IMG/VR virus record: IMGVR_UViG_3300029258_001212
Location: 32,001-96,000 of that record
DNA from: a virus
Length of the DNA: 64,000 bases
Reading direction: 5' to 3' (one strand)
Shown here: positions 57,701 through 64,000 of the stretch, piece after piece
Layout of the letters: the number at the start of each line of letters is the position of its first letter
Position numbering within the stretch: position 1 is the stretch's first letter
Notes under the pieces: model-generated
Database searches by the model: none
What the model was told of the DNA's origin: nothing
What the model saw: the letters and a program-made list of their open reading frames with translations, nothing else
Translations under genes and position numbers: made by a program

Positions 57701-57837
57701 TCATGAGCAACTCCGGCCAGGGACGAGCTCGGTATCCGGGCGGAGGGAGCACGAATCGGATCGTGGGCCTGAGTGGAAACAATCTCACCAGGAGCACTAC
57801 CTTCAACTTCAACACTTGGGACCTGGAGGAGGTGTAG
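54772..57837 (+). CDS. tail spike / receptor-binding protein with probable beta-helix
   Basis: N-terminal PRGIYRGF attachment motif; repeated FxDCxI/F coils. Confidence 0.7.
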   Translation: MTMAFPQSLSIVADNLKARFEEPYVSAAINRMGSGLPRGIYRGFTVEQMDTPGAGVKISPASGRDSFALHEDLANGYKLAIRFDAAFDFEFEFDASAASLDLYLWLDATYQVSSTVTGYVRVGEIGDLGANSIPFAKLEIPLGATTILTSYVSQLDSMANTLEPVPSTTYQNPYGFMNQDAWDRLPDQDQKDAMDAASSPSSSNPFATISATEARVFAKKTTQVVTVTPPVASFQLLGTWYIGKGAVGTAKKWFELFRASGGEALEEGLRDYYTWEQIQISGIYDSTNTSQLIPSSDADADGFYENPFIRMSPTVEVWTEVAVKAGAKSTFGSLDVQEYTKGVLGVREGMSAVTSEFIREHAPSVLVVSEVSGQRTDFSGSSSLASAISWLESENINGTIYVRDPGSIASTGQWFSGTIAITQKIKIVFEEGATCRVFSPLSTPIFQLAGSYASLELVNASVTSTTSGYVFIDSKTNGGDVRLVNTRMGEACEFGDGMVEFLDCVFLDDAHVEFVGSYGRVVNTRFAGQVICDDVGRALVQGSGYADRLMFQTCSFIPNAVAGLTDEYALVITGSTENHAYVVFRDCEIDPAVTNSGEGGGVWIDEDAETGDILFEDCRIAQKDSGSIFPSCLYVETNLAEGITLTLDKVSFVHRGINYGVFIGQRGSGGGYGRLTVRDCKLKYDHPVNTNIGVALFAITGAGQKMLVDVHGLEIDMGEGEPNFVAGSDALRGVFCLDCTAGSQEHVLEDIVFKNVGYGRTFDHDDNCLLNVSDVSGAEASVKIVRPAIVNYSSTVGGTAFGLTAIRLRNVEQRGQVDIVAANLPGPDPQVATESYKGVYITNSATYGSVNIIGGSIKNWQTNDVHCDAFCRLVIDGMHHVSVGSDRHKSGQLNARIRVDDILSLVVANCVYEDQMGSSSADQRVWLGIDYLSDYPNGGPYGVSVTGNSVAMVGTSPNFGRALWVNTMVVSFPDACVMSNSGQGRARYPGGGSTNRIVGLSGNNLTRSTTFNFNTWDLEEV

Positions 57838-57840
57838 GCC

Positions 57841-58509
57841 ATGGCCGGTCTGCTTTCGCTGGTGGGGAGCTGGATGGGGGGGCAAAAAACAGGGTTCATA
57901 CAGAGCTCCGGGGCGAACGTCTATCTATTGCCGTGTACCCCCGAGGGGAACATCGACACCACGTGGCTCCGTGCGTTCCAGTTCTGGCCCCCGTCGATTG
58001 CGGACAACTACTCCCCCAATTGGAGCAACAAGACGATCCCGGGTGGCTCGGTGCCCCTGTACCAGTTCATCGCCATGGGGGAGCACACCATCAGCTTCAC
58101 AGCTACATTCGCCCGAGACCTGGCGGGGGAGTTCGGGCCGGCCCCCGGGCAACTCACCGAGAACAAGCACGACGTGGACATTGAAGCGGCTATCGCCTAC
58201 CTGCGAAGCCTGAGCACCCCGACCTATGACACCAAGAAGCAGTTTGTCCTGCCCCCGCCGCTGATCTACCTGACCATCCCCTACAACGCCATCGCTCCGA
58301 GCGAGGGGATCGCAGACGAGATGCTCTGCATCATGACCCAGTGCGACGTGGAGCGGAAGCGGTGGTTCCCTGATGGGACCACCCGGCTGGCGGAGGCGAC
58401 CCTGCAATTCAATGAGGTGGCCCAGAGGCCGAAGGCCACCCAGTGGTACGGCCGGACCCAGTGGCAAAAGGTGGCCAAGAATTACAAGTGGCAGGGCCAG
58501 AAGCCGTGA
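57841..58509 (+). CDS. CIS-tube-like baseplate protein (tube initiator)
   Basis: FQFWPPSIADNYSPNW...IPGGSVPLYQF...ISF; PPP; WFPDGTTRLAEATLQFNE. Confidence 0.75.
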   Translation: MAGLLSLVGSWMGGQKTGFIQSSGANVYLLPCTPEGNIDTTWLRAFQFWPPSIADNYSPNWSNKTIPGGSVPLYQFIAMGEHTISFTATFARDLAGEFGPAPGQLTENKHDVDIEAAIAYLRSLSTPTYDTKKQFVLPPPLIYLTIPYNAIAPSEGIADEMLCIMTQCDVERKRWFPDGTTRLAEATLQFNEVAQRPKATQWYGRTQWQKVAKNYKWQGQKP

Positions 58510-58522
58510 CCTGCCATCGGAG

Positions 58523-58591
58523 ACCCTCAAGACTCTTCTCTTCTAAGAGGGGAGATAGGGTATAGAGAAACAGAAGCAACAGGTGTGCCAA
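58523..58591 (-). promoter_or_regulatory. dispersed repeat copy 6 (sigma54 box, TTAATTAA lost)
   Basis: Reverse complement TTGGCACACCTGTTGCTTCTGTTTCTCTATACCCTATCTCC...AAGAGTCTTGAGGGT. Confidence 0.75.
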
Positions 58592-58592
58592 G

Positions 58593-58808
58593 ATGAGAAG
58601 CCAACCAGATGATGATGCGAGCGCAGTCCCCGTGGAGACCGTCCAGGGCGAGGACAATTTCGTTCTGGTGACAACTCCTGTAAGATATAGGCAGCTCTCC
58701 GATGCAGCGGTTCGCCTCGGGATGAGTGTTCAGGACTTTGTGGGACACACGCTCGAGAGCGCAGTACAGGCCGTAGCCGAAGGGCGGCGGCCATGGGAAA
58801 GGACGTGA
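58593..58808 (+). CDS. small RHH-like protein
   Basis: YRQLSDAAVRLGMSVQDFV pattern. Confidence 0.5.
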   Translation: MRSQPDDDASAVPVETVQGEDNFVLVTTPVRYRQLSDAAVRLGMSVQDFVGHTLESAVQAVAEGRRPWERT

Positions 58809-58812
58809 GACA

Positions 58813-59577
58813 ATGCGACGATCCATGATGACCCTGGCCTTCCTGGCCCTCCTCCTGGTGGGCGCCACCCCCTCGAGCTCCCAGCCGGCCGCCCGGCCGG
58901 CGCCCCGCGCCACGGCTCCGGCTCCGGCTCCGGCAATGACGGTTGCTCCCGCTGCCATGACCGTGCCCGTGCCCGCGATGGCAGCCATGGCGCCCAAGGT
59001 GGCCCCCGTGGCTCCAGCGGCGGCAGCTCCGTCCGCCGGCGCCCCTGTGATGGCCCCAGCGTCCACGAGCGCCCCTGTGGCAGCCATGGGGGCACCCATG
59101 GCCACCGAGGCCCCTGTGATGGCTCCAGCGCCAGTCAGTGCCCAACCAGCGGCCATGGCGGCCCAGGACAAGCCCAAGGTGAGCGGATGGGACAAGGCGG
59201 ACAAGTGGATCGGGCTGATCGTCAAGATTCTGATCGGGCTCCTGAGCATCATCGGGGCCATCCTGGGCGTCGTGAAAGGCCAGGACTGGCGTGCCAAGCT
59301 CAAGACGGAACGCTGGCAGAAGATCCTCGGGTACGTGGACCAGGCATTCCCCGTGGTGGAGTCGCTGGCCAAGGGCACCTCCTGGAAGGGCGACGACAAG
59401 CTGGTGGAGCTCCTGAAGCGCGTGAACGATTGGCTCAAGGGCGAGGGCGCCCAGGGGCTCTCCGCAGAGGAGATGGCCCTGGTGAAGCGGGAAGCGGCCG
59501 ACAAGGCGGCGAAGCTCAAGACGGACAACGGCGCCGCGGACAAGGTGGACGCCAAGGCCGTGACCCGGAACGGGTAA
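58813..59577 (+). CDS. putative holin-like membrane protein with signal peptide and A/P/M-rich linker
   Basis: N-terminal signal; TM WIGLIVKILIGLLSIIGAILGVV; C-terminal VE...KGDDKL reminiscent of LL-H-type holins. Confidence 0.55.
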   Translation: MRRSMMTLAFLALLLVGATPSSSQPAARPAPRATAPAPAPAMTVAPAAMTVPVPAMAAMAPKVAPVAPAAAAPSAGAPVMAPASTSAPVAAMGAPMATEAPVMAPAPVSAQPAAMAAQDKPKVSGWDKADKWIGLIVKILIGLLSIIGAILGVVKGQDWRAKLKTERWQKILGYVDQAFPVVESLAKGTSWKGDDKLVELLKRVNDWLKGEGAQGLSAEEMALVKREAADKAAKLKTDNGAADKVDAKAVTRNG

Positions 59578-59581
59578 CACC

Positions 59582-59884
59582 ATGGCCCGCTTCAAAGCGT
59601 GGATCCGAAAGTGGTGGTGGGTCCTGGTGCTGGTGCTGGTGACAGTGGGCGGACTTGTCCTGTATTTACTCTTACGAAAAAGCCCCAAACCGGCTCCGGC
59701 CGAGACCTTCACAGTGAAAGCTCGCAAGGAGATCCTGAAAGCCGAAACAGACGCCACCATCGAACGCGCCAAAGTGGAAGCCAGGAGCTCCGTGGAGCGA
59801 GCCAAGCTCGAAGAGATCGGGAAGGTCGAGGACGATTTTGCTCGCCGCAAACGGCTGGCCGATTACCTGGACGAGGTGCTGTAG
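59582..59884 (+). CDS. membrane-anchored coiled-coil protein (i-spanin-like)
   Basis: N-terminal TM followed by a charged helix. Confidence 0.55.
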   Translation: MARFKAWIRKWWWVLVLVLVTVGGLVLYLLLRKSPKPAPAETFTVKARKEILKAETDATIERAKVEARSSVERAKLEEIGKVEDDFARRKRLADYLDEVL

Positions 59885-59915
59885 CGAGGGGACGCGATGG
59901 CAAACGGTAAGCGTC

Positions 59916-60383
59916 ATGAACCAGTGGATCGGTCCGATAGTGACAGCCGGAGGAGCTCTGCTTTCCGCTATCTTCGCTCTCATCGCCTGGGTAGCTCTGA
60001 GGGAGATCCGCCGAAAGGACAAGGAGATAGAGGATCTCCAGACGGACATGGAGGAGCTCCTCAAAATAGTCGTGATACTGGAGAACTTAGAAAAATCCTG
60101 CGAGCGCGAACGGAACGAGAGGAGAACGGTGGAGGAGCAGCTCTGGAGCAAGATCAACAGGCTGGTGGCGCAGATCTCGGCCCAGGCTACTACCATCTCG
60201 GAGCATCAGAGATCGTGTCGGAGCGTCTACATGACCCAGACAGAACACGACCGCCTGGAAGCTCTCCGGGACAAGGTGGAGGACGCGAAAGCGATCACGG
60301 ATGCCCGGCTGGATGCCAAGGTGGAGAATGTGATTCAGACCCTGAATTTCCTCCTCCAGCGGAATGGGATGAGCAGGAGATAA
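59916..60383 (+). CDS. membrane-anchored coiled-coil protein
   Basis: TM GALLSAIFALIAWVAL followed by heptads. Confidence 0.6.
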   Translation: MNQWIGPIVTAGGALLSAIFALIAWVALREIRRKDKEIEDLQTDMEELLKIVVILENLEKSCERERNERRTVEEQLWSKINRLVAQISAQATTISEHQRSCRSVYMTQTEHDRLEALRDKVEDAKAITDARLDAKVENVIQTLNFLLQRNGMSRR

Positions 60384-60535
60384 CCGGCGTGATCGATCTG
60401 GCCGAGTCAGTCTCACCGGTGGTGGCAAAGCAGATTCGTCAAGACCGCGAGACCACCAAGCGGCGCCAGGCGTTCGTGGAGCGCATGGACACGCTCCTGG
60501 CGAAACTCCACGCACTCACGGTATGATGCGGCCCG

Positions 60536-60952
60536 ATGCGCCAACGAAACACCGTAGCGTCAACGGCCGGCTCCATCGTCCGCGGCTCCTGCACCGCGGC
60601 GGAATCGGTCGGGGATCCGGTCTACCTCACAGGTGACCCCTCCGGCTACGTGTACCCGGTCGAAAAGGCAGAAGCGTGGGACGAGGACAAGATGCCAGCG
60701 TTTGGCATCGTGATCCGAAAGCTGTCCGATACCGTCTGCTTGGTGCAAACCGATGGAATCCTTCCTCACGGGATCCTGTCCGGCCTTCAGAGGGGCCACG
60801 GCTACATGGTGGGGGGCACCGGGGGCCTCGAGGCGGCCCCGCCAGTGGTTGGCCCCAACGGCTACTCCTGGATCCAATTCATGGGCCGGTCCCTGGGTGA
60901 CGACCGGTTCCAGGTGCGCCCGGACACCCTTATCACCATCAGACGTTCCTGA
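60536..60952 (+). CDS. DUF2190/capsid-cement-like structural protein
   Basis: CTAAESVGDPVYL...PAFGIV...CLVQTDG...GYMVG. Confidence 0.6.
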   Translation: MRQRNTVASTAGSIVRGSCTAAESVGDPVYLTGDPSGYVYPVEKAEAWDEDKMPAFGIVIRKLSDTVCLVQTDGILPHGILSGLQRGHGYMVGGTGGLEAAPPVVGPNGYSWIQFMGRSLGDDRFQVRPDTLITIRRS

Positions 60953-61048
60953 TAGTGTTGTTTCGGTCATGGGTTACGGGTACAATGATGCCCGAGATCC
61001 AAATCAAGATTCGAATCCCAGCAAAGGGAAACCCGATTGGAGGCGAAG

Positions 61049-61615
61049 ATGACGACGAAAGCATCGAAATCCACCCGTTCCAAAAAGGCTCCGGCCAAGA
61101 AGCGCACCACGAAGCGCAAGGCAGCGGCCAAGAAAAAGGCCGCCAAGGCCAAGGTGAAGCCCGCGCCCGAGCCCGCGGACAAGGATGAGCCCCATCCGCT
61201 CGCTGAGATCACACTCGAGGAGCGTGACTGGCTCATGAGCAAGTTCATGGTGGAGCGAGTCAGCGGCACCCAGGCGAAGCTCACGGCGGCCAAGCAGCAG
61301 CTCGAGATCCTCATGAGGGATCACATCGCTCAAAAGGCTGCCCAGAAAGCCCAGATCAACACCGCGGAGGCGGAGGTTCGCCAGGCGGACAACGAGATGA
61401 AGGTGTTTTTGGGGGAACTCGAGCACAAGCTCGGGATCAACCTTCAGAATTACACCTGGCAGTCGGACGGCAAGATCATCTACATGGGTGACCTGGAAGA
61501 GATCGGCAATCAACAGCCGTCTCAACAGGCCAGCCAGCCCAAGAAAACCGAATCACCCGAACCTGGATCTGAGGATGAGGCGGAAGCTGAATTCCTGAAC
61601 AGTCGGGTGGTCTAA
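61049..61615 (+). CDS. coiled-coil protein with histone H1-like K/A-rich N-terminus
   Basis: KKAPAKKRTTKRKAAAKKKAAKAK; SD GGAGG. Confidence 0.65.
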   Translation: MTTKASKSTRSKKAPAKKRTTKRKAAAKKKAAKAKVKPAPEPADKDEPHPLAEITLEERDWLMSKFMVERVSGTQAKLTAAKQQLEILMRDHIAQKAAQKAQINTAEAEVRQADNEMKVFLGELEHKLGINLQNYTWQSDGKIIYMGDLEEIGNQQPSQQASQPKKTESPEPGSEDEAEAEFLNSRVV

Positions 61616-61642
61616 CCATCTTCTGGACAGGAGCACCGAGAC

Positions 61643-63043
61643 ATGGCCCAAGTCAGATTTTTCAAGCTGGATCCGAGCAACGGATTCCACGATCAGCACG
61701 ACCCCACGGCGGACGAGCTCACCCTCGCCGGCATTGTGATGAATGGCGACATTGCCATGGGATCGAACGAGGTGACCGGCCTACCGGGGACGCCCAGCGG
61801 CGACACGGCGGCGGCCTCGAAAGCCTACGTGGACAGCGTGGCGGCGGGGCTGGCGTGGAAGGAACCGGCGGCGGTGCTCAAGATCAAGGATGACTCCGAC
61901 CAGAGCGGAGTGGATCCGACCGCTGGTGCGACCGGCGAGGCGTGGCTGGTGAACAACTGGTCCACCCAGACGGATGGCGACATTGTGGAGTGGGACGGCT
62001 CCCAGTGGAACGTGGTGGTGGCCAACTCCGGCGGCGAGCCCCCGGACGGCACCCGGGTGGTGGTGATCGACACCGGCGCGGCTGGATCGTTCACCGGCGA
62101 AGAGAACAACATCGGCACCTACGATGCTACCGGGAACACCTGGAGCTTCGATACTGCCACGGACGGCTGGGCGGTGCTGATCAACGGTGAGCTGTCCGTC
62201 TACGAGAACAAGGCGTTCGTCTACGATACCAACGCCTGGATCCAGTTCTCCGGCGGCAACTTCACGGCCGGCACCGGCCTGGACCTGACCGGCAACGTGC
62301 TGTCCGTCAACTTCGGTGACGGTATCACCGAGCTCCCCACGGACAGCGTGGGCATCGACCTGGCCACCACGCCGGGCCTCGAGCTCACCGGCGTCTCGCC
62401 GGACAAGCAGCTCCGCGTCCTGGTGGACGGTGCCCACGGCCTGGTGCTCGGTGCCAGCGGCGTGGAGCTCGAGCTGGACGACACCCCGGACACCCTGGAC
62501 GTGGACGGCGACGGGCTCAAGGTGGTCGGTCTGCCGAGCCTGTTCAAGATCAACGATGTGGCCGTGTCGGCCAACGTGACGGCGGCCAACCTGAACACCC
62601 TCACGGCGGGCCCCACCTCCAACGCGGACTCGCTGCACACGCACACCATCTCCGCCGTGGCCAGCGCCAAAAAGGTGCTCGACACCCACCTCAACAACGC
62701 AGCCGTCACCAGCGGCCGAGCAGTCCGCTGGAGTGCGGTCAACAACGAGATCCAGCACGCGGACAACGCGCCCATCGCCACCCCGGCCAATTCCCGGGCC
62801 ATCGGCGTGGCCCAGACGGGTGGCGCAGCCAACCCCGGCACCAGCGACGTGGTGAAGCATGGGATCTGCACCGGGTGCTTGAGCGGCGCCACGGTCAACA
62901 CGCCCTACTTCCTGGGCACGGCCGGCGCCCTGGTGACCTTCGGCAGCATCCCCACCCCGGGCCGCGTGGTCCGCATGGGCTTCGCTGCCAACGGGTCCGA
63001 CCTGGACGTGCAGGTGACGGACCTGGGCACCAAGCGCGTATAG
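61643..63043 (+). CDS. virion fibre protein with C-terminal DUF2190-like domain
   Basis: AASKAYVD, TAGTGL, HTH, AIGVA...YFLG motifs. Confidence 0.75.
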   Translation: MAQVRFFKLDPSNGFHDQHDPTADELTLAGIVMNGDIAMGSNEVTGLPGTPSGDTAAASKAYVDSVAAGLAWKEPAAVLKIKDDSDQSGVDPTAGATGEAWLVNNWSTQTDGDIVEWDGSQWNVVVANSGGEPPDGTRVVVIDTGAAGSFTGEENNIGTYDATGNTWSFDTATDGWAVLINGELSVYENKAFVYDTNAWIQFSGGNFTAGTGLDLTGNVLSVNFGDGITELPTDSVGIDLATTPGLELTGVSPDKQLRVLVDGAHGLVLGASGVELELDDTPDTLDVDGDGLKVVGLPSLFKINDVAVSANVTAANLNTLTAGPTSNADSLHTHTISAVASAKKVLDTHLNNAAVTSGRAVRWSAVNNEIQHADNAPIATPANSRAIGVAQTGGAANPGTSDVVKHGICTGCLSGATVNTPYFLGTAGALVTFGSIPTPGRVVRMGFAANGSDLDVQVTDLGTKRV

Positions 63044-63049
63044 CGCAAC

Positions 63050-63087
63050 CTGGAGCCGGGCAGCGATAGGGCTGCCCGGCCCTCCAG
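63050..63087 (+). terminator. GC-rich hairpin between structural genes
   Basis: CTGGAG CCGGGCAGC...GCTGCCCGG..CTCCAG. Confidence 0.45.
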
Positions 63088-63101
63088 ATTGGAGGCCGCA
63101 G

Positions 63102-63656
63102 ATGGGCACTGATGGCGATGCGGTACTCCCTGTAAAGTGGGAAAGTCCTAGCAGCGGAGGCACCGAGACCGACTACACCCCCGGGGAGGTGAACCCCTGG
63201 GAAGATGTGCTCGCTGCCCGCGGAATCTATCCCCAGCGACCATCCCCTGATTCCACCATCCGCAAGACGGTCAAGCTATCCCAGGACGGCGCGGACCGGA
63301 TGACCTTCGAGGACGCGGAGAACACTACACCTCTGACTCTCACTGATTTGGCCACAGGTGGGGGTGGACTCACGCCGGCAACGCATCGTGTACTGGATCA
63401 ACTCGTCCACGATGTGGCAGAGGACTACTACCTGGAAAACACGTGGAGCGGTGCCCGGCTCACGAATATGACGTACTGGACGGATGCTACCAAGACGGTC
63501 AGGGTCCGCGAGCACCAATACACGTACACGGGCAGTCGGGTGACCCAAGAGGTGATCATTCAGTATGATGGGAGTGGTGTCGCTGTGGAGACGTTGACGA
63601 TCACGAACACCTGGAGCGGCGGCAAGCTGGCCAGCCAGACGGCGGTGCTTACATGA
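63102..63656 (+). CDS. virion structural protein
   Basis: HRVLDQLVH followed by YD-like beta hairpins. Confidence 0.65.
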   Translation: MGTDGDAVLPVKWESPSSGGTETDYTPGEVNPWEDVLAARGIYPQRPSPDSTIRKTVKLSQDGADRMTFEDAENTTPLTLTDLATGGGGLTPATHRVLDQLVHDVAEDYYLENTWSGARLTNMTYWTDATKTVRVREHQYTYTGSRVTQEVIIQYDGSGVAVETLTITNTWSGGKLASQTAVLT

Positions 63657-64000
63657 GCGGAGCAACGATTGTCGTCATTGACGAAAGCAGCCCCCGGAAC
63701 ATCCTGGGGACCTACGAGTGGGACAGGAGCGGCGGCGGAGTGCTGATTGCCCCGGCCGTGAGCGCCCTACCCAGCCCCGCAGAGCCCGGGGAGATCGTCT
63801 GGCTAAAGACCGACAACAAGCTGTACCGTCGAAACGACTTGGACACGGCTTGGGATGCACTGGAGTCGGCTGTCGCATTGCACGGAAGCACCCATGAGGA
63901 AGGGGGTGCCGACGAAATCAACGTGGCCGGGCTCTCCGGTGTCCTGGCCGACGACCAGCCTGCCCAAACTCACGCCCTTGGCGGCTCGAAGCACAGCGCA
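63653..64000 (+). CDS. tail-fibre-like protein, 3'-truncated (not in ORF track)
   Basis: ATGA overlap; MSGATIVVIDE...HGSTHEEGGADEI; open to the window end. Confidence 0.65.
   Translation, partial: MSGATIVVIDESSPRNILGTYEWDRSGGGVLIAPAVSALPSPAEPGEIVWLKTDNKLYRRNDLDTAWDALESAVALHGSTHEEGGADEINVAGLSGVLADDQPAQTHALGGSKHSA

Noticed and set aside
46616-57837. Diversity-generating retroelement or invertible fibre cassette
   Set aside because: No reverse transcriptase, recombinase, or TR/VR-like near-duplicate seen in the window
6367-58591. Repeat family as a CRISPR array or IS ends
   Set aside because: Copies are dispersed kilobases apart with no spacers, cas or transposase genes, terminal inverted repeats or evident target duplications
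1-64000. Genome-wide stop-codon reassignment; tRNA genes
   Set aside because: Conserved genes are intact in code 11 and end in TAG, TGA and TAA; no cloverleaf recognised in the short intergenic gaps

Overview
The window is a 64 kb piece of a large, GC-rich myovirus genome or prophage. Essentially all genes are on the + strand and tightly packed. It holds the virion morphogenesis region. The head module is T4-like: portal, prohead core, fused protease-scaffold, major capsid protein and neck. The contractile tail resembles extracellular contractile injection systems (eCIS): sheath, two tube-family genes, a frameshifted chaperone, tape measure, hub, spike, gp25, baseplate J, fibres and spike. 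Putative lysis membrane proteins follow. No terminase, integrase, replication gene, tRNA or CRISPR array was recognised. A Myxococcota/deltaproteobacterial host is only an inference from GC content and sigma54 use. The strongest unexplained signals are: (1) about 15 orphan genes around the head module that share an acidic amphipathic leader ending in [LVIF]-x-E before a basic domain, including a 750-aa polyprotein, suggesting a modular capsid-loaded, protease-released cargo system; (2) a dispersed 68-69 bp element in six copies, in both orientations, consisting of a perfect sigma54 -24/-12 box, TTAATTAA and a covarying dyad; (3) one small beta module shared by capsid, sheath and baseplate proteins; (4) a candidate UGA-recoded (UxxC) baseplate gene with a SECIS-like hairpin. 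All family assignments are from motif recognition by eye, not database searches.
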